Shown: positions 25,092 to 37,792, counted from the first letter of the stretch. The stretch: DNA of 64,000 nt from Octopus vulgaris (GCA_951406725.2 OX597831.1:25854001-25918000), one strand, 5' to 3'. Numbers and translations are program-made. The notes: generated from the letters alone by a model not told the origin.

Positions 25092-25308
25092 TGAGGGGTT
25101 GCTGAAAAGTTCTTTGCTTTACTGGTATTGTGAAAGGCCTTGTTGGAGGCCCAACGTTTCAATTTCTTTCATAGGGCTTAGAAAATCTGAAGGACTACTG
25201 TAATAAGTGCATGAATCTGAGAGAGGAATATATTGAATAGAATCGTAATTAACTGATCCTCCCATATTGTCTTTTACCAAAAGCCAGGAACTTTTCAGCA
25301 CCACCTCA
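25092..25308 (+). mobile_element. Mariner-derived MITE (second mariner family)
   Basis: TA flanks; TIRs TGAGGGGTTGCTGAAAAGTTC / GAACTTTTCAGCACCACCTCA; retains a transposase-like end KCMNLREEYIE*; homologue at 42905. Confidence 0.87.
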
Positions 25309-25330
25309 TATGACTCAGAACTAGTTCATT

Positions 25331-25766
25331 ATCATCATCATTTAACATCCGCTTTCCATGCTAGCATGGGTTGGACGATTTGACTGAGGGCTGGCGAACC
25401 AGAACCAGATGGCTGCACCAGGCTTCAATCTTAAACTTGCAGAGTTTCTACAGCTGGATGGCCTTCCTAATGCCAACCACTCCGAGAGTGTAGTGGGTGC
25501 TTTTTATGTGCCACTGGCACAGGACCAGTCAGGCAGTACTGGCAATGACCTCGCTCGAATCTTTTACACACGCCACCGGCACAGGTGCCAGTAAGGTGAT
25601 GCTGGTAACGATCACACTTGAATGGTACCTTTTATGTGCCTCCAGCATGGAGGCCAAATAGCCACTCTGGCAACAATCATGCTCAGATGGTGCTCTTAAC
25701 ACCCTACTAGAACGGGACTTGAGTGCCAGTAAGGCGACGTTGGTAATGATCACACTTGAATGGTGC
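25331..25766 (-). mobile_element. Family D LINE 3' end with about 4 repeat units
   Basis: (CAT)n tail and shared 3' block; TSD CTAGTT(C/G)ATT at 25321 and 25767. Confidence 0.9.
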
Positions 25767-26340
25767 CTAGTTGATTGATGAAATTGTTTGATTAGTATAC
25801 TGTGAGGCTACACTGTTTTTATTGTGAGCATGCATCTCAACATGCAATTTATCACTTTAAATATGTGGTCTTAGTTTTAGAAACAGTACAGAGTGTAATG
25901 TAATCATAAAAGCTTGCTCTTTGGTTTTAAAATTTAGATTGAAAATGTAGGATTGTCATACATTTACTTTTTAATTTCTTGATTTATTTTAAAAATCAAT
26001 TATATCTTTAGTGCGTAGAATTAAGTGTGTTTAAGGTTATCTGGTTATCATAGCAAAAAGTTATTTCTGTTACATTGTCAGGTTTTAATTTCATTACGTT
26101 ATTAAATATGTTTATTTGTATTGCCAAAGTTAGTAATTTGGAAGATAGGAGTGTTTCTAAATATGGTGTAAATTTCTTGGTTCAAATGCTTCCAGTGTGT
26201 TTTGTTTTATTCATCGGTACTTTGCATCCAATTGCTCAGATCATTTATATGTGAATATTCTGAAATTTTAATGGAGGAGGTAGGTTGGAAGATGCCGAAG
26301 GATTGTTTTCCAAGTTAAGAACATTAATTAAAAACAAGTT

Positions 26341-26540
26341 CATCATCATCATCGTTTAATGTCCGTTTTCCGTGCTAGCACAGGTTGGCCGGTTTGACTG
26401 CAGTCTGGGAAACCAGGAGGCTGCACCAGGTTCCAGTCTGATCTGGCAGTGTTTCTACAGCTGGATGCCCTTCCTAAAGCCAATCACTCCATGAGTGTCG
26501 TGGGTGCTTTTTACGTGCCACGATCGGTTGGTGCTTTTTC
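26341..26540 (-). mobile_element. Family D LINE 3' end, truncated in the first repeat unit
   Basis: Shared 3' block and (CAT)n tail. Confidence 0.88.
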
Positions 26541-26688
26541 TCCACACAAATTTAAATCTAATATTAATGATATATAAAAGGTTTTAGAAAACATGCTAAC
26601 AGGAAAGAACCTCTTTTATGGACTCATGGTGCATATAAGCACTCATATTTATATCACTGACATATAAGAATCGTCTGCTACAGCTGCA

Positions 26689-26744
26689 GGAACTGTCAGA
26701 TCATGTGTTTCACCCTGTTTTGAACTCCTCAGTGACAGAAGTCC
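26689..26744 (-). ncRNA. Degenerate minimal type I hammerhead ribozyme motif
   Basis: Minus strand: CUGUCA-CUGAGGA-GUUC(AAAACA)GGGU-GAAA-CACAUG-AUC-UGACAG. Core boxes are in the right order and stem I is a perfect 6 bp; stems II and III are weak. Confidence 0.5.
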
Positions 26745-27135
26745 GGGAGCTAACAGGAAAGCTGCTCATAAACAGTCAGATTTTCTTTCATTTACAAAAT
26801 GTTGTCCCTTTAATGGCAAAAAAATCATTCTTTTTATGTAGTTTTTGAAGTTTACTTTCATATTAACAACATTTTATATACATTGTGTGTCTGATTTTAA
26901 CTAAGGAAATTCTTAAATTCATAACAAATATATCATTATGAGGTGATCACTTGTTCACTTGTAATCGTTGTTGAATTGCTTTGTCAGTTGACATCTGTTA
27001 AAAGATAATCAAGGTGAATCTAAAACTTAGAAGATAACAAGATACATAAATTATTCAACTTCCAGACATCTTGATAAGATATCACAAAAGCTGTGAAAAG
27101 AAACAGTAAATAATTTTTTAAAATTCTCTATTATA

Positions 27136-27546
27136 AGTGCAGACATAATTGTGTCTTTAAGAAATTTGCTTCACATCCACATGGTTTCAAACTCAATCCT
27201 ACTCTGCTGCTCCTTAGATAATTATCTTCCTAATTAGCCTCAGACTGACCAATGCCTTGAGAGTGATTTTGGTTGGTCAGAACCTTGCCGAAGTTTGTAT
27301 GTGTGTTTGTATGAGTGAGTGTGTATGCATATGTACATACAAGTATTTGTTTTCCACTGCTTCACAGTTGGTGTTGGTGTGTTTACGTCCTCTAAACTTG
27401 ATTCAAGAAAAAGAGACTTGTAGAATTAGTACTGAACTTTATTAAATATGAAGTCAATTAAATCACCTAAACACTTCAAAGAAGTGTCACAGAAGAGCAT
27501 CAGCCCATCAGCTGAAATAAAATTTTAAAATATAAGAATAAAGAAT
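27136..27546 (+). mobile_element. Old, degraded family A SINE
   Basis: Recognisable blocks CCACATGGTT, GACCAATGCCTTGAGAGTG, TG tract, GGTGTGTTTACGTCC and AAAAGAGAC. Confidence 0.7.
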
Positions 27547-30418
27547 AGATGAAATTCTTCAAATAACCAAGTTCACAAAACTTTCTAAGAGAAGTAAGGA
27601 CAGTCAACGTTTAAAAGGATGTGTGTGTTTGTGCATGTATGTATGTATGTGTGTATGTATGTATGTGTGTGTATATACACACACACATGCACACACATAT
27701 ATATATGCAGGCTTCCTTTAGTTTCTGCTCACAAGGCTTGGGTCAACTTGTGGCAAAACCCACATATACATGGCTGGGAAGCCAAAAATTTAGCCACCCA
27801 ACCAATGCTTCTCCCATTGAAGAATAATCAACTAATGTCAAATAGTCATGCCATCTGTATCAAATTTTTCTCATGACTCAAGTTTCATGCCACAGCAATC
27901 TTTTGGCAAGTACTGTTTTCCTATTAGCATTCATTCTCTTTTCCTCATTCTCTGGAGTAAACTCATTTCGTAAAGACCACCACTTTCATTTGCACATTTT
28001 CAATGTTGCATTTTTTCTTATATCTCTTTTATTACAGAATTGTCTCTGGCTATACTCATTGATTTTTTCCAGTGTATTTTGAAATCTTTTGTTGTTATCT
28101 TTTTATTTGGTAACTCATTTTTATTATGTTTTAGCAGGTTGTTTATTTTGTTTATATATATATATTGTTAAGGCTTTTTTGAAGTTTTTATATTCACCTG
28201 GCCTCAGTTCAGTAATTTTTCTATTTCTGACATCCAATTTATCTAATTTTACTTTGGTCATTTCATAATCCTCTTTATCTAGAATCAATAACAGGTATTC
28301 TTCATAGATGTTTCTTGGCTTGTTGCTTAAATTTTTCCTAAAGTTGCATCCTGTCTTGCTAGCTATGGTTCAGGAATTTCTGGTCACAGTTCGATGATTC
28401 CATATGCAGTTTTTGTTCTGTTATAATGTCATACTGTGCATTTCTGAAGATGTGTGTTTGTGTATGTATATATATATATATATACATCATTATCATCATC
28501 GTCATCATTTACTGTCCACATTCCATGCTGGCATGGTTTGGACAGTTTGTCAAGAATCCATCGGTCTAAGGACTGCATTGTACTTCAGCATCTGCTTTAG
28601 TACGTCTTTTATATTTGGATGCCCTTCTCAATGACAACCACTTTACTGTATGTACATGTTTTTTTTTTATCTTGTTACAGGCACTAGTGAGGTTACCATG
28701 CACATTGCAAAGTTATGAAACATGAGAAAAGGTTGAATTTATGCTGGGAAATGAGGTGGAAAAGCAGAGCATGTTTTTGCTATATAGTACCTACATGGAT
28801 ACTGAAATTTAGAAGAGGGGGTAAGAATGATCAGAAGGAGCTGCAAAGTGATAAATAGTGGGGATGAGATGTCCAAGTGGCCCTTCAAGTTATAAGATGA
28901 TTAGAAGTGAGTAGTGACAAAGGACCCAAGCGTATGGTTTTGCAAAAGTGTGGGGAAATGACAAGAGGAAGAAAGATTGGCTACAATTGTAAAGATTGGG
29001 TAGGTTTTGAGGGGTGGATGTAGGAAGAGATGGATAAGGAATGTAGGATGACCAGTTTTTGGTTTTATGGCAACCTGTGTGAGCTTCTCATATCTCAAAG
29101 AAAATATACAGTTGTTTGTTCGTATCAATCTTTGGGTAGTAATCTAACCTTTAATGCATATTTCAATATAAATCTTCAGAAGATAATTGTCCAGCCGATC
29201 AAAAGAAATGTACAGTAAAAAAATTACAGTTCCTTTCAATGAACAAAATAAATGTATTTACGAAAATATATTCAAGTTCATGAATTGCCTTATGAAATGA
29301 TGTAAATGGAGTTTTGTCAGTTAATCTATTCTTCTTAGTAATTTTTAGATATTCACATTCATACTTTGTCTTTCTGCTTTTAATATTATTTTGTTAACAT
29401 TTTATAATATTCGGTGAGGATGTAACTTAGCCAAATTTACACAATCATAGTAATTATTATTATTCTAAAATGTTGCATAATAAATATACCTTGGGTGGTT
29501 TAGGGGATATTGTTATAGAATGGTTCACTCCCTTGTTTGTAATTGCACCATTAGATTTTACAGAAATTGATGAATGTGCTCGTTTTGACATCAAATGTTA
29601 CCTATCTGAAAAGAGATCAAAAGTACCAACTTACATATGAGCATATACTCTTAGGAATCATTTTAAATCCCACTATGACATGCAATGTCTATGACAAGTT
29701 TATTTATCTATTGACTGATATTGCTGCTTGAAGGCAGAAAACATTGATTTTTCTCTCTATGAAAATAAAAATAATTTCTATATGGCTACATCAGCACTTA
29801 GTATCCAGTTAATAGATGGTAACTTGAGTAGAGAAAGAGAAAAGAAATATTGTTGTTAGGGGTATGAATAATGCTTAAAGGCAATTTGGGAGGCTGTCTG
29901 GTCCTATTTGGCTGAAACACTATACAATAGATTTTTATCAGTGAACACAATGTATCATTGAAGCATATTGAGCTATAATAGGAAGTCTGAAAATGGACTA
30001 ACTTTAGCAGAACAGTTTGAAAATACAAAGATGGTATAGGGTATCTTAGTAACAGTGAATGAGAATTCAAGATTACAAATAGTATTTGTATCAAGAAGAA
30101 CGGAGAAGCTAAATATAATATGAAGCACATGATTTGTGCTAGAAAATGGAAAATATTCACTTCAGTTACAATTCATTCTTCTCCTCAGTCACCATCTCCG
30201 ATGACAAGGAAAAACTGCTTAATTGATGGGTTTTTGTAGCTTTCATACAAATGCAGATTCTTCATTTGATAAGAATGCGGAGAATAAACTCTGTGCTTTT
30301 ATTATCTGTTATGTTAAAATAGCCATGATTTCAGATTCCTTTCCTATGAAGTTTAAGTATCTGAATATATCCTGTAAATATAGCTACCTGGTGGCTGAAT
30401 AGTTAATGCCTGGACTTA

Positions 30419-30452
<34 letters not shown>

Positions 30453-32993
30453 CAGTCGATCGCACTATGACTTAAGTATTGAAATACAACACACATTTGT
30501 GTTTGTCATCTAAGATATATATTAGTGCCTGTCATTTAGGTAACATAATAGTATTGTAAATTGTTGTTATGCTGTACCTTCTGGCAAGAAACATTACACT
30601 ACAAATCAATCAGAAATATACACAGTAATACTATATCATTGAAGACTGTCTAACCTTACCAAGATATCTAACTACAAAACCACTTTTTAACCCAATAAAA
30701 CTAGGAGGCATTTCATTCATTTACAAAGAATTTTAGATAAAACACATAAGCAGAATATTTTAGAAAGTTGAGTAAACTTTATTGGTTTATGTAAAATTGT
30801 GTCCATGTTTTTAGTGTTATTGCCTATTTCTATAACGATTCAAACATTTGTATACTATTGGTACACTTGTATTCTTGTATCAAAAATGTCTTCTTTATCC
30901 AGTCAGAAATGTGATATTAAAAACTTTCATACAAAAAGTACAGTGATTTTATTTCTTGGAAACATGCTAAAATTATTGCATTATTCTATTGATAGAGAGC
31001 CTAGAATCAAATATAAAATAAGTTTTTGAAGGAAAGTGTTACTAGTCTTTCTTGGAACAGATTGATGGTTACAAGCTCTGAAAGGAACATTATAACAACC
31101 AAATTGTTGCAGTTTCATTCTAGTTAGTGTTCATTAGATTTCATGTGAGTTACTTACAGCATATTGGTCATCTCAAAGCAACAGCAGAAGATAATTCTCT
31201 CATGGTGGAGTACAGTGCAATTAAACTCAGAACCTCATGGATGCAATGCAAATTGCTCAACCAGATGGCCATGCCTGTTATGCTTAATGTAGATATTTTC
31301 CATTATTCACAATGCTGCTAGCAAGAATTGTGTTATTGGTAATTTTAACTTGTAACATGTCTGCTGGGACAATAGAAAGGTAAACAGATTGACAAATAAT
31401 CTAGAAAGCAATATTAAATCTGGAACAGGCATTTATGGATATTCTTATAGAATTTTGCTTTACTTTATTGAAAATGATTTGATATGAGGTTTGTTGTCAG
31501 CTGCACTTGATCAGTTAATTCTCAGAAACAAAATGTTATTAGAAATATTGTGTGTCTTTGACCCAGGATAAAAAAAAGTGGCATATTTCATTGTAGAAAT
31601 ACAATAAAGTCTGATAATTTTTTTGTAAATATAAATTATTCAGAAGTATTCAGCAATTTTTTTTTATTCGTTTCTTTTCTACTTTGACTACACATTAGTA
31701 CTTTGCAATGTTAGAATTTATAAATGTTCAAAATTTTAATAATTCATTGCTTCTATTCAGTAAAAGGTATTTAAAAGACATCTAATGGTCTTTAATCTTT
31801 TGAAAAAAAAATAACTTCAAATGAAATTCAATAACTATATTAAAATGCAAGTATTTATTTCATATAATTCTTGATGAAAGAGCTACTTATATTTTGTAGA
31901 ATATATTAATGCATTTATTATTTCTATTTCACTTAATATATGAATTATAAACTAGCTCTTCGAGCTGGAAAACTGCTGAGTTAGTGATTGTGACATTTAC
32001 TTGAATGGAACCCATTATAACAACTGATTAATAGGAAAAAATGCAACAAGTTTTCCAATTCTTGCTGGTAACAACTTTCGGGTATGCCGTTTAGCATTGA
32101 TGGTGTAGGTTGGCTAGATCTTTTGTGCAGCACTCCACAATGCTGCATCATTTTTGTCAGTAAAGTCCAGCATTATCTTTAATATTGAGAAGTGATGCTT
32201 TTGTATTATTTTTATAAAATTCAATTATATTCTTATAATGAAATAAGAAAGAGAGGCATGCTGTATGTCACAAATAATCCCTCCCCCAGCATACAAATAT
32301 GTTACTTCAGATTTGTGGAGTAATGAGATGGAAACATGTGACTTTTCTAAGAATTCTACTTGCTATCATTTATCAAATGCTTAACTCTTAGAGTGTCATA
32401 TAAATTGTGGTTTCTAATGCGTTTCCATAGAAATAACAACTTTAAATATTTACATTTGAAATCCAGTGATTGCTTTTTTTTTCTTTTATAAATTAAGCTT
32501 AATTTCAATGCCTTACATTATTCCAGAGAAAGAATAAATACACAGACACAATAACAGTATAACTGAGAAATAAAAGTTTATAAAATTCTTAATTAAACCA
32601 AGTATTACACATTTCATTAAAAAAAAAAATCATTTTGCAAATAGTTTTAGTTTGGAAGAAAGAATGCACCCATGACCTTTACTGGTTCTCCAAGACCAGT
32701 GAAGTTGATACAATTAATGTTCTTGAATAACTGAAATCAGGAACTGTAACGTTGACAAGAGTATAACAAGCCTTCTGAAGCAGAACATACAAGATTTTAA
32801 ATTATGATTATACTTGTAGACAAGAAATCTTTATTGATTATATTCATTGAAATATAATGTTTCTCACCAAATTATTAGAATAGAATATTACTTGTGGTGA
32901 TTAGCTCTACAAGAGATGGTAAGAATTTGAAAGATCACATTTAAAACGGTGCCTTTAAAATCTGAGCTCCATAGGTCCGATGAAACTCATACA

Positions 32994-33213
32994 GGGTAAA
33001 GACCCCCTTTGAGCATGAATGACCATGGGATTGCACATAGAAAGTTTCCCTCCAAGCATAAGTTTGGGCAAATTTGTTTATGGAAGACTAGGAGTCAGTC
33101 ATGCATACCAGCCTTCCCTCTCCATGCCACCGATGTTATCCAAGGGAAAGGCAAAGGCCGATACAGCTTGGCACCAGTAATGTCGAAACTCATTTCTACA
33201 GCTGCGTGAACTG
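32994..33213 (-). mobile_element. 5'-truncated family C-related SINE (end of the CORE-like segment + a third tail)
   Basis: Minus strand begins CAGTTCACGCAGCTGTAGAAATGAGT, like CAGCCCACTCAGCTGGCAAAAATGAGT in the 1886-2209 copy, then continues into an unrelated tail. Confidence 0.65.
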
Positions 33214-34273
33214 AAAAATATACTGTTGTTTACTAACAAAAGATCTTTTTCTTTTTAGATTGTTGCAGGTAAAAACATTTGCAGAAATGTGTAGGGAATA
33301 GAATCAACCAAAATATATGACAGAGTAAAATCATAGAGAGATTAAACTAAATATTATAATGCATTTATTTATCTAGCAACTTTTTCTGTTACCACCTGAC
33401 TCCAGTCACAAATGGAAGTAATTTCTGAATGAAATTTGCTAGATATTTGAAGTTTGTTAAGTTGCAGTATTTAAAACTATATTTGCTTCATATAAAATAT
33501 CTATATAAGTTTAAAAGTTTTTAAAGTTTTAATAATTTCTAGTAATATTTCATAGCCTATATTTATTTTCTTATTGTTACGCTTATTTCAGATTATTAAA
33601 GAAAATTTGCAAGTCAATATCTTATGAATTATAGATTTTAATTCAAACTACCACTTTTTTCCCCTTTAGTTATTCATCTGTATGATGAATTGGAATTTTC
33701 AGACAAATTTGCTTCATGGTATTTAGTTTTGGCCCTTTATGTTCTGAGTTCAAATATGCCAATACCGACTTTGTCATTCATCTTTCTGTGTTTGATAAAC
33801 TAAAATACCAGTCAAGTAATAATCAACTATTATTGGTACCTGTTTGGATTTTTCAACAGAATAAATGACTGAAAATCTTGATTTTTTTTTTTTACATTTG
33901 CTTTAATACTTTATCATTCATATTACTCTGTCAAATGTCATACTTTATTTGTATAGAAAAAGCAAACCTTCCCAAGGTATCATTAACTTCGAAGAATATA
34001 GTGTTGGAACAGTGATTCCAAACAAATGTATAATTGATGGGTTATGTGTAGCATTCTTCACAATGTTCATTTCAAGTCTACAGAAGAGAGTCGTTTAGTT
34101 TGATTCTATAGAGTGTATACAAGGAAGAAATATTTGAGAAAAACAAGTTTCCTGAATAGTAAAATGCGTAACTGAATCATTCATTTGTCCTACAAATTCA
34201 CTCCTTATCTCAAGAATGAATTATAAGTTTGAAAAAATAGTAAAAGCCTTGAAGTAAAATTTTTACTAGCTGT

Positions 34274-34482
34274 TTGCCAGTCTCCTCTGGTACCTGTGCC
34301 AGTGGCACTTAAAAAAAAACACCCATTACATTCACAGAGTGGTTGGCATTAGGAAGAGCATCCAGCTGTAGAAACACTGCCAGATCAGACTGGAGCCTGG
34401 TGCAGCCTCCTGGCTTCCCAGACCCTGGTCAAACCGTCCAACCCAGGCTAGAATGGAAAACAGACGTTAAACGATGATGATA
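34274..34482 (+). mobile_element. Family D LINE 3' end
   Basis: CCTGTGCCAGTGGCAC unit, shared 3' block and (GAT)n tail. Confidence 0.88.
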
Positions 34483-35196
34483 ATCCATTTTTTTAATGTT
34501 AGTTTTGTTGTTGAATCATTGTATCTTTTCACTTTGACCGGCAGATTTTTTAAAAAATGTCTATGTAACGATAGAAAGTCAATTTAGTTTTAGTCAAGCA
34601 ATTTAGATTAAGCTGGAAAAGAATGGCACAATCAAGGCAGAACTGGAAGCGCAATGTGACCAGCAGTGTATGATGGGATCTGATGGTCTGGTCAATACTG
34701 TGAGATATATATGTGTGTATGTGTATGGAAATAAAGAATATGTTTGTACAAGTTTATATGTTAAATTATTTTAGACTGATGCAAAGTAGTGATGAAGGCA
34801 CTGATGTTATGGAAATCTACTTTGAGTTAAAGTTCAGAGTAGATTGGTGCAAATGTTAAACAATAATAGACCTCAGCTAATGAAACCTTGATATTCTGTA
34901 TTCAGAAGTGACCTATCAAGAAAGTATATAAGTAAAATTTTGAGCATGTTGTCTGTGGGACATACAACAAATACACCCAACCTTCATCCAAACTGAAGAA
35001 TATAAACAAAACATATTAAATGTCAGAGAAATTCAATTTTCTGTTGAACGTAGAAGTAATAAGATTATTGCTACCTACTGATACATGTTTTATACTGTAC
35101 AGTACTCTGCTTGACTTAGCACGAACCATTTGTTGCAACATTATAGCAATATTCATCATCATTAACCACTTTACATTTACTGTTCCATGCATGTAT

Positions 35197-35387
35197 ATCT
35201 TTTACTTGTTTCACTTATTAGACTGCAGCCATGCTTGGGCACCACCTTGCAGAATGTTTTTTTAGATAAATGAATCAAATCCAGTCCTAATTTTTTAAAG
35301 CCTGGTATTTATTCTACTGGTCCCTTGTGTCAAACTGCTAAGTTATGGGGACAAACACAGATACAAAGATGCACACCATATAAATAT

Positions 35388-35448
<61 letters not shown>

Positions 35449-35573
35449 AATGGAAAAAAATACAAACTGGGATAAGAATGTGAAACATTCAGAAGACGAT
35501 ACAAAAAACACGGACGGGACATTCGAAGCCTTCAATCTTCAGTCAAGAACCGGATCATCTTCGCAATTTCATG

Positions 35574-35605
<32 letters not shown>

Positions 35606-35753
35606 TTTTGTATATATATGATGGGATTCTTCAGTTTCTATCTACTAAATCCACTTACAAGACTATTGTAGAAGACATTTGCCCAAGGTGAGACTGAACC
35701 TGGAACGATGTGGTTGGAAACAAGCTTCTTACCACACAGCCACTGCTGCGCTT
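35197..35753 (-). mobile_element. Degraded family A SINE with a foreign insert (35448-35573) in its TA tract
   Basis: Tail and head blocks match family A; about 125 bp of unrelated sequence sits between two (TA)n runs. Confidence 0.8.
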
Positions 35754-36371
35754 ATGTTAGATTAAATTTTATAGATGCTTCTCTTTTTCCATCTATTCAT
35801 CTATAACTATAATAATTCGCAAAAAGAAAGCAATATGTCAAAGAAATTCTGTATCTTTTCATTAAATCCAAATGTGAACCTCTATATTGCTTTGTGGTTG
35901 TTAATAGTTAAATTCAAATTTCATTATTTCAAGCACTAAATATGAACGACTGCTGATAATCTGTTCATACCAGCCTAGTTTTAACAGTTTTATAAACATT
36001 GTGCAGGCTCATACTTCAAGCATAATCAATACTTAATTCTTTGATACAGCTTGTTTATTTACTCTCTTTCTATTGTTTATTACATCTGGGATGCATATCG
36101 TTTATCAGAAAATGTTACACTTCAGCATAGGACATTTTCAAACGCTAACAATGTTCTTTCTTGATTGTATATATATACAAAAAGGTTATTCAGGTGACTT
36201 CATGGATTCTTTACAAAAGGTTGCCGTGAATAGCTTATGGTACTTCTACTTTTAGAGATCGTTTCAGAACAGTCATCAATCGTCTGTAGAAATCTTCTCA
36301 ACTGACCTCTGAAATGAACTTGAGATGCAATGCAACTATTCTTATCGAAAGATGCATTGGAAAAAATATGT

Positions 36372-36410
<39 letters not shown>

Positions 36411-36414
<4 letters not shown>

Positions 36415-36598
36415 TGTCACTAAATATGACGAAGGTGTTAGAAGACATACACTGCTAGAAATAAGAGCTAAAAAGCTCTAATGCTGTCAGTACATATGTC
36501 TACAATTACGTGCTTTAACTTCAGTATTAGAGCTTTTTAGCTCTTATTTCTAGCAATGTGTGTGTTCTAGCATCCTATGTCATATCTAGGGACAATTA
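36411..36598. repeat. Fold-back inverted repeat (about 76-bp arms, 35-nt loop)
   Basis: 36453-36482 is the exact reverse complement of 36526-36555; the arms extend imperfectly to TAATTGTC / GACAATTA. Confidence 0.92.
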
Positions 36599-36656
36599 TA
36601 GTTTTCCTTCTGGTAAAACCTTGCACACACCTGTCTATATTAAATTATTATATATA

Positions 36657-37515
36657 CAGGGTGTAGTGAATAAACGGCCGTCTAAATTATGCAAAAATGA
36701 AACTAACACTGACATCTCATTTTAACAGATATATTTACAAAAATTACATAAAAATATCTTGAAATACTAAAGAATAAATTTATTCAATAAATTTATCAAT
36801 GGCTTAAACCACCACATCCAGATGACTTCAGAATCTCCTGCAACTCTTCTGGATAGTCTCCTCGTTTAAGTTGGTGAATGCTGCCATAATCCTTGCCTTC
36901 AGTTCATCTTTGGTGTTACAAGGAGTTTTGTTGGCCCCTCACTCAACTGCGCCCCACACATAATAATCAAGGGAGTCGCAGTTTGGGGAGTTAGGTGGCC
37001 AGATGTTAGTGGTGATGTGGTCGCAGGAATTGTCTAGAGCCATGACTAGGTTCTTCTGCTTGTGTGGCATGGTGCAGAGTCCTGTTGCCAGATATAGGAT
37101 CTTTCAGCAGCCTCCCTCTTGACCCAGGGCAGCACTATGTCCTCCAGGCAAATTTGATGTAGGCCTCCGTGTTGAGTGTAAGGCCATGTGGGAAGATGAA
37201 TGGTGGCATAACGTCACCATCACTAGTGAACACTCCAGACACCATGATGTTGACTGGATGCTTGATTTTTATCACTCTCGGTACATGTCCTCAGATTGCA
37301 CTGTCCTCAGATCCACACCCGAACACTTTGAAATGTTCATACTGGAGCTTCCAGCATGAATGCCAAGCAGTACAGCATGTTGTTTCCAAATTTCTGGCAG
37401 AGTAAATTGCATCATGGTGCTGTTTTTCTCACAGACGGTGACCAACTGACCCTACTATCCTGCGTAGTCAACAAAGTCAACAAAAAACTATGTGCATGCA
37501 TGAAATTAAAAATTA
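36657..37515 (-). mobile_element. Defective Tc1/mariner element of DD37D (maT) type, internally deleted
   Basis: TA-CAGGGTG terminus at 36657. Minus translation gives MMQFTLPEIWKQHAVLLGIHAG...VDLRTVQ joined to IMVSGVFTSDGDVMPPFIF...IWQQDSAPCHTS...IWPPNSPNCDSLDYYVWGAVE, with stops and frameshifts. The second TIR was not found. Confidence 0.88.
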
Positions 37516-37583
37516 AACACTGCTCACTCCTTCTACAAGACTATTTGTCAATGGAACTCTATTCTGATTCATTTTCCTGTTAA

Positions 37584-37792
37584 CCCATTAGAATTTAAAA
37601 CTGGCCATATCCAGCCATAATATCAAGCCCATTTTATGTTCAAACCAGACAGATCTGACCTCTTATACCTATCCTACAATGTCATTCTAAAAATAAATGA
37701 AATCTCATAACTTCAAGATAATGCATAATTAATTGAAATCAATGTGAGTAAAGGAACATTACATTTGACAAAAGAATCTGAATGTTAAAGAG
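37584..37792. mobile_element. piggyBac-type MITE (same family as 3538)
   Basis: TTAA on both flanks; collinear internal sequence. Confidence 0.85.

Noticed and set aside
32030-32090. Possible exon ending at CGG|GTATGC
   Set aside because: No polypyrimidine tract upstream, and the peptide is unrecognisable.
32960-32995. CTGAG...GATGAAAC as another hammerhead
   Set aside because: The CUGANGA box is incomplete and no consistent stems I-III can be drawn.
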